Below, in pieces: positions 48,463 to 59,094 of a stretch of 64,000 bases of DNA. The notes below the pieces were generated by a model that had not been told where the DNA came from, searched no databases, and saw nothing but the letters and a program-made list of their open reading frames with translations. Both the position numbers and the translations under genes were made by a program. Source of the DNA: an uncultured Actinomycetota bacterium (lineage in GTDB: Bacteria > Actinomycetota > Actinomycetes > S36-B12 > UBA5976); the NCBI GenBank assembly GCA_963784905.1, contig CAWATP010000013.1, positions 65,836 to 129,835 on the forward strand, written 5' to 3'. Position 1 is the first letter of the stretch; each line of letters opens with the position of its first letter.

Positions 48463-50562
48463 ATGGAACGGAAATCCCCGACGCCACTGTTCCTCAACGT
48501 GCGCGTGGCCGTTGCCATGACGATTGCGGGGGTGGGGACTTCTTGGGTCTTCTATCCTGACGCAGTTCCAGCCCCCATCTGGCCACCCGCCGGAATTGCC
48601 TTTGCCGCCCTGTATGGATATGGGGTGGTCGCGATTCCAGGCGTCCTGTTGGGCGCGCTCGTCCCCACCGCCTATGCCTTTTCGCAGCTGTCGCCCAATG
48701 GCCAGGTCAACACTGTTTTGGTCATCCTTGTCGGCTGTGGTGCCGCTCTGCAGGCGCTCGTCTCCATGTTGCTCACTCGTCGATTCGTCGGGAAAGAGAA
48801 TCCGCTCACACAGCCGAGCAAGATTGTGCGCTTCATGGTGCTCGCCGGCGCCATTGGCCCGCTGGTGAATTCCACGCTCGGTACGACAAGCCTGTGGGGC
48901 GCTGGAAATGTGACCACGGCCGACTTCGCCCACACGTGGACGACCTGGTGGCTCGGCGATGCCATGGGCGTCGTGTTTTTCGCTCCGATAGTGCTCATGG
49001 TCCTGCCCAGCCAACGCGATGCGTGGGTTCGGCGCCGGTTGAAAGTCGCTGTACCCACACTGATTGCGGTCGTCCTCACCTTGGCTGTCTGGTCACAGCA
49101 GGTAGCCGATGTGCGCGAGGAGGCGCTGCTGGTGGCTTCGCAGCGCGCCCACGTGGCAAGTGGTCAACTCGGCTACCACGCTTCTACGTACTTGCGAGTA
49201 GCCAAGGACGCAGCAAGTTTGTTTCTCACGACAGCTGAGGTCAGTCCGCAGGCCTTTTCTGCATTCACGCGCCAGGTGCTCCTCGAAGAGCCCGAGGTAC
49301 TGGCTCTCGAGTGGCTGCCGTCAGTGCCAGTCGCTGAACGATCGGCATTTGAACGGCAACAGCAGGACATTCTCAACCTGCCGAGTTTCCGCGTGTGGCA
49401 GCTTACAGAGGGCGTCTCGAGTACTGATTTCAGCAGGCTCCAGCAGTTGACACCCATTCTGTTTGCGGCCACGCAGCCTGGTTACACGCCAAGTTTTGGG
49501 CTCGATCTTTCCTCAAGTCGGCTGGATGCACCTGCAATGCAAGATGCTCTGCGCGACGGAGCGTCAATGACGCAGCCATTCACGACAACGTACGGCGTGA
49601 GTGCAGTTCGCGTGGTCCGCCTCATCGTTCCCGTATATGGATCAGATTCGGGATCAGAGCCTGACGCGGGAACGGGGGCCAGGCATAGAGGATTCGTCAC
49701 CGTCATCCTGGCCGTGGATGAGCTGGTGGAAGACACCTTCGAAACCGAAGATTGGGCCGACGCGAAGATGCGCGTGATTGACGTGCAAGACCCCGCCGCC
49801 CCTCTTGCGATTGCGGTACGTGAGCGTGAAACGAGGGAGCCTTCCGCGGTAGGCGCGAGTTCTATCACGACCATTGCCGATCGGAAATGGAAAGTTGTGT
49901 TGTGGCCGGGTGCTCGAACTTCGTCGCACAACGGTGTTATCGGCTCCCAGTGGATCTTGCTGCTGGGATTGCTCATAGCAGGATTGCTGGAAAGCCTCAT
50001 GCTCGTGGTGACTGGCCTTCAACGTAGGCTGGAGCGCCGAGTCCGCAGTTCTGATCACGCGGCCCGACACGACCCGCTCACGGACCTCGCGAACCGACGC
50101 GCCTTTGTTTACAGTATTGAGGCTGCTCGACAAGCGGTGAATGAAGTCGACACCATGCACGTCCTTATGGCCATCGACCTTGACGGATTCAAATCCGTGA
50201 ACGATAAGGGTGGCCACGCGACAGGTGACCAACTGCTGCGGGCCGTCGCGACGGCAATGCGTGAACAGGTAAGACAAGGTGACGTGGCCGCACGGCTCGG
50301 AGGCGACGAGTTTGCCGTGTTGCTGAGGAATTGTCCGACCGACCGAGGATTGGAGATAGCGAGCAACATCCTGCAAGCGATCTCCGCAGTTCGCGTGCTC
50401 GCCGGTGAGATTGAGTTCGGTGTCACGGCCAGCATTGGTGTGCTGTTCTTCGAACCTGGCGACCCCGCAGATGTCGTTGAATTGCTCGCCCGCGCGGACG
50501 ATGCGTGCTACGAGGCGAAACGAGCCGGCAAGTCGCAAGTGAAGAGTTACCTTCGCGCCTGA
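48463..50562 (+). CDS. membrane sensor diguanylate cyclase: MASE1 - CHASE - TM - GGDEF
   Basis: The N-terminal polytopic region with ..[16 protein letters not shown].. is MASE1-like. The extracytoplasmic ..[21 protein letters not shown].. is CHASE-like. C-terminal ..[42 protein letters not shown].. is an intact GGDEF active site. The start is 48463 or 48433. Confidence 0.85.
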   Translation: MERKSPTPLFLNVRVAVAMTIAGVGTSWVFYPDAVPAPIWPPAGIAFAALYGYGVVAIPGVLLGALVPTAYAFSQLSPNGQVNTVLVILVGCGAALQALVSMLLTRRFVGKENPLTQPSKIVRFMVLAGAIGPLVNSTLGTTSLWGAGNVTTADFAHTWTTWWLGDAMGVVFFAPIVLMVLPSQRDAWVRRRLKVAVPTLIAVVLTLAVWSQQVADVREEALLVASQRAHVASGQLGYHASTYLRVAKDAASLFLTTAEVSPQAFSAFTRQVLLEEPEVLALEWLPSVPVAERSAFERQQQDILNLPSFRVWQLTEGVSSTDFSRLQQLTPILFAATQPGYTPSFGLDLSSSRLDAPAMQDALRDGASMTQPFTTTYGVSAVRVVRLIVPVYGSDSGSEPDAGTGARHRGFVTVILAVDELVEDTFETEDWADAKMRVIDVQDPAAPLAIAVRERETREPSAVGASSITTIADRKWKVVLWPGARTSSHNGVIGSQWILLLGLLIAGLLESLMLVVTGLQRRLERRVRSSDHAARHDPLTDLANRRAFVYSIEAARQAVNEVDTMHVLMAIDLDGFKSVNDKGGHATGDQLLRAVATAMREQVRQGDVAARLGGDEFAVLLRNCPTDRGLEIASNILQAISAVRVLAGEIEFGVTASIGVLFFEPGDPADVVELLARADDACYEAKRAGKSQVKSYLRA

Positions 50563-50598
50563 GGACTTCCAGTGGGTGAGCGAAGACGCGTTACGGAA

Positions 50599-50632
50599 AA
50601 GTGGTGGCAGCCCCGAGGGGCTGCCACCACTT
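50599..50632. terminator. bidirectional terminator hairpin between the convergent GGDEF gene and tsf
   Basis: Perfect 16-bp inverted repeat aagtggtggcagcccc-ga-ggggctgccaccactt, between the stops at 50560-50562 (+) and 50651-50653 (-). Confidence 0.6.
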
Positions 50633-50650
50633 GCGATCCTGTGCTTTCTC

Positions 50651-51463
50651 TCAGCCGGCTACTTCAAAGCGCACGAACTTCGAGACGCTCGTGCCATTGG
50701 CATCGAGGTACGCCTTGACGTTCTGCTTCGAATCCTGAACCGAGGGCTGCTCGAGCAATACGACATCCTTGAAGAAGCCCGTCACGCGACCTTCCGTGAT
50801 CTTCGGCAAGGCCGCTTCCGGCTTACCTTCTTCGCGGGCAGTGGCCTCGGCAATGCGACGCTCATTCTCGACGATTTCGGCAGGAACTTCGTCGCGAGTG
50901 ACGTACTGCGGGCGCATTGCAGCAATTTGCATACCAACCGAACGGGCAATCTCAGAAGCACCCTCAAAGGCGACGAGGACGCCAACCTGCGCGGGAAGAT
51001 CCTCAGATCGCTTGTGCAGGTAGACCGCAGTCGAACCGTCGAAGCATGCAACCGAACCGAGTTCGAGCTTCTCACCGATGACACCGGCGAGCGCGCCGAT
51101 CTCCTCTGCGACCGTCTGACCGCTCGCGAGCGTCAGCGCGGTGGCTGCCTCAACTGTCGTCGCACAGTTTGCGGCAACGGCCTCGACAATGCGTGCTGCA
51201 AGCGCCTGAAAGTCCTCGTTCTTCGCGACGAAGTCCGTCTCGCACTGCAGTGCAATGAGCGCGCCATCTTTGGCAGCGACAAGACCGTTGTTGGCACTGC
51301 GTTCGGCACCACGCTTCGCGGCCTTGGCCGCACCGGAAATGCGCAGCAGTTCGATGGCTGCATCGAAGTCGCCGTTGGATTCCTCCAGCGCCTTCTTGCA
51401 CTCCATCATGCCGGCCGCGGTCATGTCGCGGAGCTTCTTCACATCCTGGGCACTAATGGCCAT
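50651..51463 (-). CDS. tsf: translation elongation factor Ts
   Basis: [41 protein letters not shown] is the UBA-like N-terminus of EF-Ts. The start is the ATG at 51463. Confidence 0.95.
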   Translation of the reverse strand: MAISAQDVKKLRDMTAAGMMECKKALEESNGDFDAAIELLRISGAAKAAKRGAERSANNGLVAAKDGALIALQCETDFVAKNEDFQALAARIVEAVAANCATTVEAATALTLASGQTVAEEIGALAGVIGEKLELGSVACFDGSTAVYLHKRSEDLPAQVGVLVAFEGASEIARSVGMQIAAMRPQYVTRDEVPAEIVENERRIAEATAREEGKPEAALPKITEGRVTGFFKDVVLLEQPSVQDSKQNVKAYLDANGTSVSKFVRFEVAG

Positions 51464-51521
51464 GTTCTTCATCCTTCGTGACATGCGTCGACCCGCTTAC
51501 GCGGGTCGACGACTTGAGAAA

Positions 51522-52400
51522 TCAGGCTTCGGTGGTCTCGGCGGCGGGGGTCTCAACGACCTCGACTGCAACGACCTCTGCTTCGGCAGCGACCTCAGCG
51601 ACGACGGGCTCAGTAACAACTTCTGTGGATGCCTCGGCAGTGGTGAGCAGTTCCTTCTCCCACTCGGCCAGCGGCTCATCTGCAGCCACCGTCTCGCCCT
51701 TGGAGACCGACGAGCGAGCCTTCAAGCCCTCAGCGACAGCATCCGCGATGACTCGGCTGAGCAGTTCAACGGCGCGAATCGCGTCGTCATTGCCAGCGAT
51801 CGGGTAGTCGACCTCGTCGGGATCGCAGTTGGTATCGAGGATCGCGATGATCGGGATGCCCAGCTTCTGCGCTTCCTTGATGGCGAGGTGCTCCTTCTTG
51901 GTGTCAACGACCCAGAGTGCTGAGGGCACCTTGTGGAGTTCGCGGATGCCACCGAGGAGGCGGGCAAGCTTGTCCTTCTCACGGCGAAGCATGAGCAGTT
52001 CCTTCTTGGTGAGACCGGAACCGACCGTATCGTTGAGATCGCGGCCTTCCAGTTCCTTCAAGCGCGCCACACGCTTGGCCATCGTGCCGAAGTTCGTGAG
52101 CATGCCGCCCAGCCAACGCTGATTGACGTAGGGCATGCCAACGCGGGTGGCCTGAGCCTCAATCGGCTCTTGCGCCTGCTTCTTGGTACCAACGAACATG
52201 ATGGTGCCGCCATGGGCAACCGTCTGCTTGACGAATTCGTATGCGCGGTCAATGTGCGCGAGGGACTGGCTGAGGTCAATGACGTAAATGCCATTGCGCT
52301 CGGTGAGGATGAATCGCTTCATCTTTGGGTTCCAGCGGCGAGTCTGATGTCCGAAGTGGACACCGCTCTCGAGCAGCTGGCGCATCGTGACGACGGCCAT
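51522..52400 (-). CDS. rpsB: 30S ribosomal protein S2
   Basis: [31 protein letters not shown].. is canonical S2, with an Ala/Val/Glu-rich C-terminal extension. The ATG at 52400 follows GGAAGGA. Confidence 0.95.
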   Translation of the reverse strand: MAVVTMRQLLESGVHFGHQTRRWNPKMKRFILTERNGIYVIDLSQSLAHIDRAYEFVKQTVAHGGTIMFVGTKKQAQEPIEAQATRVGMPYVNQRWLGGMLTNFGTMAKRVARLKELEGRDLNDTVGSGLTKKELLMLRREKDKLARLLGGIRELHKVPSALWVVDTKKEHLAIKEAQKLGIPIIAILDTNCDPDEVDYPIAGNDDAIRAVELLSRVIADAVAEGLKARSSVSKGETVAADEPLAEWEKELLTTAEASTEVVTEPVVAEVAAEAEVVAVEVVETPAAETTEA

Positions 52401-52625
52401 GGTCGTTCCTTCCGTGGGTGCATGGGCACCCGTTTCGTTGACTCCGAATCGGCTGATTCGGACCTGATGACCGGGACATCGTCGATGCCGAAGCACACGG
52501 TGACGACGACCACTTGCTGGTCATGCGTATTCCTGCGCAGAAGCACAAGTAGGTGAATCGTACCCTGCGTCCACCGTCGGACCGACCACAACCAAATCGG
52601 CAGGACCGTGCGCTGGTGTAGCGCC

Positions 52626-53063
52626 ATGACACTTCGGACGCTCCTGATCCTGCCCCTTCTGCTACCGATGGGCGCCGCGACGCAGGTGGATGCCTCGCCC
52701 GTGATCCCAGTTCGCGTGGTTGCGCCGTTCCGGGCGCCGCAATCTGCCTTTGGACCGGGCCATCGAGGGATCGACCTCATGGCGCTTTGGGGGCAGTCGG
52801 TCACGAGCCCAATCAGCGGCACGATCACCTTCCGCGGGGAGGTTGGCGGACGTCCTTTGCTCAGCATCAGCGACGGACTGCGAGTGGTCAGCTTGGAGCC
52901 GATCACAACCTCGATGGCCGTGGGGCAGCACGTCACCGCAGGACAACTCTTGGGCAACGTGGCTCTGGGAGGGCACTGTTCACTGCGATGCGTGCATCTG
53001 GGACTACGTGTCGGTGGCGAGTATCGCAACCCGTTACGGGTGCACGCTCGCCTGCTGCCGTAG
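52626..53063 (+). CDS. secreted M23 (LytM-type) peptidase family protein
   Basis: Signal peptide MTLRTLLILPLLLPMGAATQVDA and the motif ..GPGHRGIDL.. with a later H-x-H-like region ..CVHLGLRV.. It is divergent from rpsB, as in other actinobacteria. Confidence 0.8.
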   Translation: MTLRTLLILPLLLPMGAATQVDASPVIPVRVVAPFRAPQSAFGPGHRGIDLMALWGQSVTSPISGTITFRGEVGGRPLLSISDGLRVVSLEPITTSMAVGQHVTAGQLLGNVALGGHCSLRCVHLGLRVGGEYRNPLRVHARLLP

Positions 53064-53065
53064 CA

Positions 53066-53971
53066 CTATGCGCGCGGGTGTGCCTGCTCGAATGTCTTCT
53101 GCAGTCGCTCGAACGAGACATGTGTATACAACTGGGTCGTGGCGAGCGAGGCGTGACCGAGCAGTTCCTGCACGTAGCGCAGATCAGCCCCACCTTCGAG
53201 CACGTGCGTCGCAGCACTGTGGCGCAATCCATGGGGCGAGATCTCAGGAACGTCCGGCAGATGACGAAGTAGCCGTTGCAACACGGTGCGCACCATGCGT
53301 TGATCAATCCGAGCACCGCGCGCTCCCAAAAACAGCGCGTCTCCTGATTTGGCATTCACCAGCAGCCCTCGAGCGTCGAGCCAAGCTTCGAGCGCCCTGG
53401 CAGCGGGCGCACCGAATGGCACTACCCGTTCCTTGTTGCCCTTGCCCAGGACTCGAACTGTGCGATTTCTGCGATCCAGACCTGCGACGTCCAACCCAAC
53501 GCACTCTCCAACACGGATGCCCGTCGCGTATAGCAATTCGAGCACAGCGAAGTCTCGGATGTGCTGGGGATCAGCATCATCGGCCCGAACCGCGGCGGCG
53601 TCTAGCAACGTCACTGCCTGATCCTGGCGAAGCACCGCAGGCAAGGTGCGTGAGACCTTGGGGCTCGCCAACAACGCTCCGGGGTCTTCCGCAATATGCC
53701 CGCTCCGCTGCGCCCAGGCCGTAAATGTGCGCACCGATGCGACCCGTCGCGCCACGGTCTTGTCTGAGGCAGCCGCGCGCTCCAAAGCCAGCCACCGTCT
53801 GAGTACGGAAAGCGTCAGGCCCGCAGGCGATGGGATCGCCAAGGAGTCGGCGACATCAGACAGCCGTGCAAGGTCGCCCTTATAGGCGCGGATGGTGTTT
53901 TCACTGAGGCCGCGTTCATACCGCAGATACCCAACATATTCGTCGACCGCGGTCTGCCAAGGAACTGCCAT
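53066..53971 (-). CDS. xerC: tyrosine recombinase XerC
   Basis: ..YLRYERGLSENTIRAYKGDL.. N-terminal SAM-like domain and the catalytic residues R..HxxR..Y (..SPHGLRHSAATHVLEGGADLRYVQELLGHASLATTQLYTHV). The start is the ATG at 53971. Confidence 0.88.
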   Translation of the reverse strand: MAVPWQTAVDEYVGYLRYERGLSENTIRAYKGDLARLSDVADSLAIPSPAGLTLSVLRRWLALERAAASDKTVARRVASVRTFTAWAQRSGHIAEDPGALLASPKVSRTLPAVLRQDQAVTLLDAAAVRADDADPQHIRDFAVLELLYATGIRVGECVGLDVAGLDRRNRTVRVLGKGNKERVVPFGAPAARALEAWLDARGLLVNAKSGDALFLGARGARIDQRMVRTVLQRLLRHLPDVPEISPHGLRHSAATHVLEGGADLRYVQELLGHASLATTQLYTHVSFERLQKTFEQAHPRA

Positions 53972-54002
53972 GCCCCCACGGTGCAAGCACAACGATGCAG
54001 CG

Positions 54003-55127
54003 TCAAGCCTCCGCGCCGCGGAGTTTTCTGCAGCGTCGCCATCGCCCGTCAAGTTGTTCGGAAATGATGCCTCGTTGTGCAAGCGACGCAAGCGCGCCGA
54101 TAACGATTGCCAGAGCCATCGGTTCTTGTACTCGATCGAGAAGCGAATCCACGCTCACCTCGGCACGGGCTGGCATGGCTTCGTGTACCTGACGTTCAGC
54201 GGGGCTCAGCTCGTCCCACTCTCGTCTCGACCCGGACTTTGCTTCGAGTTCGACATCACCCAGCGGAGCCACGAATGCCAAGACATCGGCACCCGATGTG
54301 ACGAGTTGCGCATCTGCCTGCAGCAGGGCATGCGTGCCAGCGCTCTCTGGTGAATCCACTGGACCGGGCACTGCCATCAGGACGCGCTGCATGCCGCGGG
54401 CATGCGCAAATGTCGAGATAGAGCCGCTGCGCAAGCGAGCCTCGACAACCACGGTGCCATACGACAAGGCGGCAATAAGTCGGTTGCGAATAAGAAAGGC
54501 GGGCTTGGTTGGATGCGCCCCGGGTGCAGCTTCGCTCACCAGCAAGCCCCGCTCCGCTATTCGAGCAAACAGCGCATCGTGTGCCGAGGGGTACGACATA
54601 TCGACACCACAGGCGAGCACTGCCACGGTGACACCATCAACTGAGAGCGCGCCGCGGTGTGCCGCAGCGTCAATGCCGTAGGCGCCGCCGCTGACAACTG
54701 GGTGCCCAGCCCTCGTGATATGCGCGGCGAATTCTGCCGCCACGCGCTCGCCGTACTGGGTACAACTGCGAGCTCCGACGATGGCAACAGAACGCCGGTC
54801 GGCCACTGCTGGTAATCCATTGCCACGGACCCACAGTGCCCATGGGCGCTGCGATCCCAGCGCTTCAAGCTGTGCAGGCCAATCTGCGTCACCCGGTATC
54901 AGGATCCGCGCGCCCGCTGCGTATCCGCGCTCCAGCATCTGCTCGGCGCGAATACTGCGCCAGCGCTGCCACAGAGGTTCGGGAATTGATGGGTGGTGAG
55001 CTTCGAAACTCTGCCACGCCGCCTCAACACCGATCGATCGCAATGCCATGGCCAGCACGCCCCCGGGCTCCGGCATGATGGCACCAAGGACCGCAGCTCG
55101 TTCGCGCTCGTCAATCACGCTACCCAC
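54003..55127 (-). CDS. dprA: DNA-processing protein DprA (Smf)
   Basis: ..VAIVGARSCTQYGERVAAEFAAHITRAGHPVVSGGAYGIDAAAHRGAL.. is the Rossmann-like DprA core. The start is GTG 55127 or GTG 55118. Confidence 0.88.
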   Translation of the reverse strand: MGSVIDERERAAVLGAIMPEPGGVLAMALRSIGVEAAWQSFEAHHPSIPEPLWQRWRSIRAEQMLERGYAAGARILIPGDADWPAQLEALGSQRPWALWVRGNGLPAVADRRSVAIVGARSCTQYGERVAAEFAAHITRAGHPVVSGGAYGIDAAAHRGALSVDGVTVAVLACGVDMSYPSAHDALFARIAERGLLVSEAAPGAHPTKPAFLIRNRLIAALSYGTVVVEARLRSGSISTFAHARGMQRVLMAVPGPVDSPESAGTHALLQADAQLVTSGADVLAFVAPLGDVELEAKSGSRREWDELSPAERQVHEAMPARAEVSVDSLLDRVQEPMALAIVIGALASLAQRGIISEQLDGRWRRCRKLRGAEA

Positions 55128-56653
55128 CTGCCCCCAGCGTCGCGAAGTCGCATCGCGATAGCTAAGTCCTGTTCATCGGGTGCCGATCTTCCCGCCAGAT
55201 CGGCGCATGTCCACGCCAGCCTCAGCATTCGATCGACGCCACGAGCGGAAGGTTGATCCTGTTCGGAAATGGTGGAGTTGAATCGAGCAGTAACCGTCGC
55301 CGGCAGTGGCCAGTCACGACGCAGCACCGGCCCCGGCACTTCCGAATTGAGGCGCCATGGCGTATCTGCGAGCCGGTGTCGCTGTCGCTCTCGGGCCGCG
55401 GCTACGCGCTCCGCCACCTGCGCGGAACTCTCCGAGCCGCGTGCGGCGCCAAGCACGATCTCATGCGGCGCTGGGGCTTCCACAATCACTCGAACATCGA
55501 TGCGGTCCATAAGTGGTCCAGAAAGCTTGGAGAGATATTTACGACGTTGCATCGGCGTACACGCGCAACGTCCCCGACGATCGAATGCCTGACCACAGGG
55601 GCAGGGATTCGCCGCGATCACCAGTTGAAATCTGGCCGGTAGCACCACTGCGAATTCGCTGCGCGCGATAGCAACAGAGCCAGACTCCAGGGGCTGCCGC
55701 AGTGCCTCGAGCACACTCCCCTGAAATTCTGGGGCCTCGTCGAGGAAGAGAACACCGCGATGAGCCGCAGTTATCAATCCCACTCGCGGATTTGCACGAC
55801 CGCCTCCGATGACGGCCGCTGTGCTCGCACCGTGATGCGGCGCCGCGAATGGCGGTGTGGTCGCGAGACCGCTGCTGCATTCGGTGAGTACTGATTGCAC
55901 TGCAGTGACTTCGAGAGCCGCTTCAACATCGAGCGGCGGCAAGATGCTCGGCAGTCGCTCAGCGAGCAGAGTCTTGCCGACTCCGGGAGGACCAAGCAGT
56001 GCGATGTGGTGGCCACCGGCAGCTGCAACTTCGAGCGCGAACTTGGCCGCACCTTGACCCCGGACATCGGCTAGATCCTTCAAAGTCGGAGCAGACGGCG
56101 GTCGAGGAGGCACGTCGTCGCCTTCCTCACCAACCTCGCAGTCAACACCGATGAGGCGAAGCGCATGGCCCAGCGACCCAACCGAAACAACCTCAAGTCC
56201 TGGCACGAGTCGCGCTTCGTCGGCGTTTGCGCGCGGAACAAGGATGCGCTCATAACCCCACTTCGCGGCAGCCATGGCTATGGGGAGCGTGCCGCGAGTT
56301 GCTCGCACACGGCCATCCAACCGAAGCTCACCGATGATGACCGTGCGCTCTAGGAGGCCTGCGTTGAAGCGCTCATCGGCAGCAAGCACCGCAAGCGCAA
56401 TTGCCAGGTCCAGTCCTGACCCGAACTTCGGCAGCCACGCGGGCGACAGACCAATCGTGATGCGCCGTTGTGGCCACGGAAAACCCGCGCACACGATTGC
56501 CGCGCGCACTCTGTCACGAGCTTCATTGACAGCGGTGTCAGCCAGACCCGTGATGGATAGACCTACGAGTCCGTCCGCAAGGTGTGCCTCGACTTCGACG
56601 ATATGCGCATCCACTCCGATGACGATGGCGGTTGCCGTGTTTGCAATACGCAT
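55115..56653 (-). CDS. YifB/ComM family Mg-chelatase-like AAA+ ATPase
   Basis: Lon-like N-terminus, Walker A LLGPPGVGKTLLAERL, ..GVLFLDEAPEF.. and a Cys-rich insert ..CPCGQAFDRRGRCAC.. Confidence 0.9.
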   Translation of the reverse strand: MRIANTATAIVIGVDAHIVEVEAHLADGLVGLSITGLADTAVNEARDRVRAAIVCAGFPWPQRRITIGLSPAWLPKFGSGLDLAIALAVLAADERFNAGLLERTVIIGELRLDGRVRATRGTLPIAMAAAKWGYERILVPRANADEARLVPGLEVVSVGSLGHALRLIGVDCEVGEEGDDVPPRPPSAPTLKDLADVRGQGAAKFALEVAAAGGHHIALLGPPGVGKTLLAERLPSILPPLDVEAALEVTAVQSVLTECSSGLATTPPFAAPHHGASTAAVIGGGRANPRVGLITAAHRGVLFLDEAPEFQGSVLEALRQPLESGSVAIARSEFAVVLPARFQLVIAANPCPCGQAFDRRGRCACTPMQRRKYLSKLSGPLMDRIDVRVIVEAPAPHEIVLGAARGSESSAQVAERVAAARERQRHRLADTPWRLNSEVPGPVLRRDWPLPATVTARFNSTISEQDQPSARGVDRMLRLAWTCADLAGRSAPDEQDLAIAMRLRDAGGRWVA

Positions 56654-57009
56654 CAGCACACACCCTCAATGTGCTGTAGTCGCGTCATACCCGCGTCATC
56701 GACAAGTACTGAAATGACATCGATTCGCACCGTTTCCGAATGCTGGGGGTGTGATGCGATCCAGGCACCGGCCAGACGGCGCAGCCGCTGCAGTTTCTCC
56801 GGAGTGACGGCTTCAAGCGGGCTGCCAAAGCGCATGCTTCTGCGCGCCTTCACTTCACAGATGACGAGTATGTGATCGCGTTCAGCCACGATGTCGAGTT
56901 CACCCGTACTGCATCGCCAATTTCGATCCAGAATGGTCCAGCCCTGCTTGGACAAGAACCGGGCCGCCAGCTCTTCGCCATACCGACCCAATGCATCCTT
57001 TTTGTGCAT
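56653..57009 (-). CDS. yraN: YraN family (UPF0102) endonuclease-like protein
   Basis: ..GRYGEELAARFLSKQGWTILDRNWRCSTGELDIVAERDHILVICEVKAR.. is the family signature. The start is the ATG at 57009. Confidence 0.85.
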   Translation of the reverse strand: MHKKDALGRYGEELAARFLSKQGWTILDRNWRCSTGELDIVAERDHILVICEVKARRSMRFGSPLEAVTPEKLQRLRRLAGAWIASHPQHSETVRIDVISVLVDDAGMTRLQHIEGVC

Positions 57010-57104
57010 GTAGCACCTCCACGCACAGCACACCGTTCCCGTGTGTCACGGATGGGGGATGCAGCTACCGGCTGTGGGCAAGTCAGTAGCGGCGCCGGCT
57101 GTGA

Positions 57105-57746
57105 CTAAAGCAACTTCCAGCTTCGACGATGTGCATCGCTCGCTCCAATCTCGCGGATGGCGTCGCGATGCGATTTGCTGCCATAGCCCTTGTGGCCGGC
57201 GAATCCGTAGCCAGGGAATTCCTTATCCAGTGTCCGCATTAGGGCATCACGCTCCACTTTCGCGACGACGCTCGCGGCAGACACGGATGCACAGGTGAGG
57301 TCTGCCTTGACGCGCATGTGAACAGGCGGTGTGGCACGGCCCTTCGGATCGGCGAACAAGTCGTCAGCCTCGGTCAGCCAATCGTGACTGCCATCGAGAA
57401 TCACCATGTCTGGCGCAAAGGGGAGCGCGTCGAGTGCACGCAGGCAGGCCATGCGTAGTGCCGCGATGATGCCAAACCCGTCGATCTCTGCCGCGGCGGC
57501 ATGGCCTACTGCCGAAGCGAAACACCAGTCGTGGATCCGCGGAATCAACTCCTCGCGGGCAGTCGCTGTCAGCAGTTTGCTGTCGGTGAGTCCCGTTGGA
57601 ACATCACCAACGGACGGCAAGACGAGCGCAATGCCGACTGAAACCGGACCGGCAAGTGCACCTCGGCCGACTTCGTCAATCCCAGCCACGACGGTAGCAC
57701 CAGCTGCAAAGAGCTCGCGCTCGAAATTCAGCGTAGGCGGGATCAC
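57105..57746 (-). CDS. rnhB: ribonuclease HII
   Basis: ..VAGIDEVGRGALAGPV.. (DEVGRG active site). The start is set at the GTG at 57746, which overlaps the lepB stop by one base. Confidence 0.9.
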   Translation of the reverse strand: MIPPTLNFERELFAAGATVVAGIDEVGRGALAGPVSVGIALVLPSVGDVPTGLTDSKLLTATAREELIPRIHDWCFASAVGHAAAAEIDGFGIIAALRMACLRALDALPFAPDMVILDGSHDWLTEADDLFADPKGRATPPVHMRVKADLTCASVSAASVVAKVERDALMRTLDKEFPGYGFAGHKGYGSKSHRDAIREIGASDAHRRSWKLL

Positions 57747-58477
57747 TAGTTGGCGTTGGCCAATGCTTTTGGCGCGGGAACAGAGCCAAAGCGAGAAAGC
57801 GGCCACAACTTCATGACCACGATGCCACGAACCTCGGATAGCGGCACAGCTCCATGGGAGACGTCCAAATGGAAGCGAGAGTCTCGTGAATTAGCTCGGT
57901 TGTCACCCATGACGAAGACATAATCCTTCGGCACGGTGATGTTGAAATCGACCTGATTGGTTGGGCCAATCGCGTACGCCGATTCCTTCAGCACGTGTCC
58001 ATTCACCGCAAGGAGTCCCTGTTTCGTGCAGCAAACAATGTGATCTCCGCCGACACCGACAACGCGCTTAACCAGATCTTCCCCGCTGTTGCTTGGGAGA
58101 AAACCGACGTCGGTGAGGAGATTGGAAAGCGTGCCCCGCCAGCCCGTCTGCTGCACGGGTCCGTACAGCCAATCGCCGGGGTCGTGGAAAACCACGACGT
58201 CACCGCGCTGCACGCCGTCCATTGCCATCGATATCTTGGACGCCACGATCTTGTCACCCACCTGCAGCGTGTTGAGCATCGACTCAGAGGGCACGAAGAA
58301 CAGTTGGAAAACGAAGGTTCGCAGCAGGATGGAGAGCACGAGCGCGGTAGCCACCACGATGCCGAACTCTCGGAATCCACGAAGGAACTGGAAACTTGCG
58401 GTTCGAATTCTCGCGCCCCATATGGACGGAGCGTTTGTATCGACCGCAGAGTCCGGCGCCGGTTCAGTTTGCGTCAT
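57746..58477 (-). CDS. lepB: signal peptidase I
   Basis: ..VPSESMLNTLQVGDKIV.. (catalytic Ser box), ..GDNRANSRDSR.. and ..VVMKLWP.. The ATG at 58477 follows GGAGG. The 357-aa ORF is an artefactual extension. Confidence 0.9.
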   Translation of the reverse strand: MTQTEPAPDSAVDTNAPSIWGARIRTASFQFLRGFREFGIVVATALVLSILLRTFVFQLFFVPSESMLNTLQVGDKIVASKISMAMDGVQRGDVVVFHDPGDWLYGPVQQTGWRGTLSNLLTDVGFLPSNSGEDLVKRVVGVGGDHIVCCTKQGLLAVNGHVLKESAYAIGPTNQVDFNITVPKDYVFVMGDNRANSRDSRFHLDVSHGAVPLSEVRGIVVMKLWPLSRFGSVPAPKALANAN

Positions 58478-58549
58478 GCGGATCCTCCATCTTGGGCGAG
58501 CCAAGTATGCCAGCGTGGACTGGGGCCAGACGACGGCCGGAACCAACCG

Positions 58550-58588
58550 TGGAAAGGCAAACAGCGACCGGCTGAGCCGATCGCTGTT
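58550..58588 (-). terminator. intrinsic terminator candidate after rplS
   Basis: On the minus-strand RNA, aacagcgaucggc-uca-gccggucgcuguu forms a 13-bp stem with one G-U pair, followed by UGCCUUUCC, 26 nt after the rplS stop. Confidence 0.5.
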
Positions 58589-58613
58589 GTGCTGCAGTCC
58601 CAGAGGGTATGCG

Positions 58614-58958
58614 TTAGTCGCGGAGTTCCTTGATCTTCGCCTTCTTGCCGCGAAGCTCGCGTAGGTAGTACAGCTTGGCACGGCGAACATCGCCACGTGT
58701 GACCAGTTCGATCTTCTCGACGGTCGGGGCATGCAGCGGGAACATGCGCTCCACGCCGGTGCCGAAGGAAACCTTACGGACGGTGTACGTCTCGCGAATG
58801 CCATCGCCAGCGCGGGCAATCACAACGCCCTGGAAGATCTGAATGCGTGAACGGGTGCCTTCAATGACGCGAACGTGCACCTTGACGGTGTCGCCTGCTC
58901 GGAAAGCGGGGATATCGGTGCGCAGCGAGGCTGCGTCCAGCGCGTCAAGCGCTTGCAT
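58614..58958 (-). CDS. rplS: 50S ribosomal protein L19
   Basis: [51 protein letters not shown].. is canonical L19. The start is the internal ATG at 58958. Confidence 0.95.
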   Translation of the reverse strand: MQALDALDAASLRTDIPAFRAGDTVKVHVRVIEGTRSRIQIFQGVVIARAGDGIRETYTVRKVSFGTGVERMFPLHAPTVEKIELVTRGDVRRAKLYYLRELRGKKAKIKELRD

Positions 58959-59094
58959 AATGACTCTCTCTTCGTAGCGCGCCACAGGTCGATCCACGGA
59001 ATTGAAGTGGTTGTTCGCTGATGCGCCCCCCTGTGGCAGGGCTGCGCGAACGGTTGAAGTGTGCCAGACGTTCGGGGCAGCGCCCAAATCCGCC

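Noticed and set aside
51522-51700. Ala/Val/Glu-rich C-terminal tails on S2 (and on S16 at 61124-61330), and P/G repeats in IF-2, as possible novel domains
   Set aside because: Low-complexity extensions of these ribosomal proteins and of IF-2 are common in Actinobacteria, so there is nothing locus-specific here.
52720-53724. 334-aa plus-strand ORF overlapping the M23 peptidase gene and xerC
   Set aside because: It is antisense to xerC, which has its catalytic R..HxxR..Y residues present, and it is out of frame with the M23 gene. Its composition is Arg/Ser/Ala-rich.
53066-53971. Tyrosine recombinase as a marker of an integrated mobile element
   Set aside because: The sequence and context (next to dprA-comM-yraN-rnhB) are those of the housekeeping XerC. 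I saw no flanking direct repeats, tRNA target or phage/IS genes.
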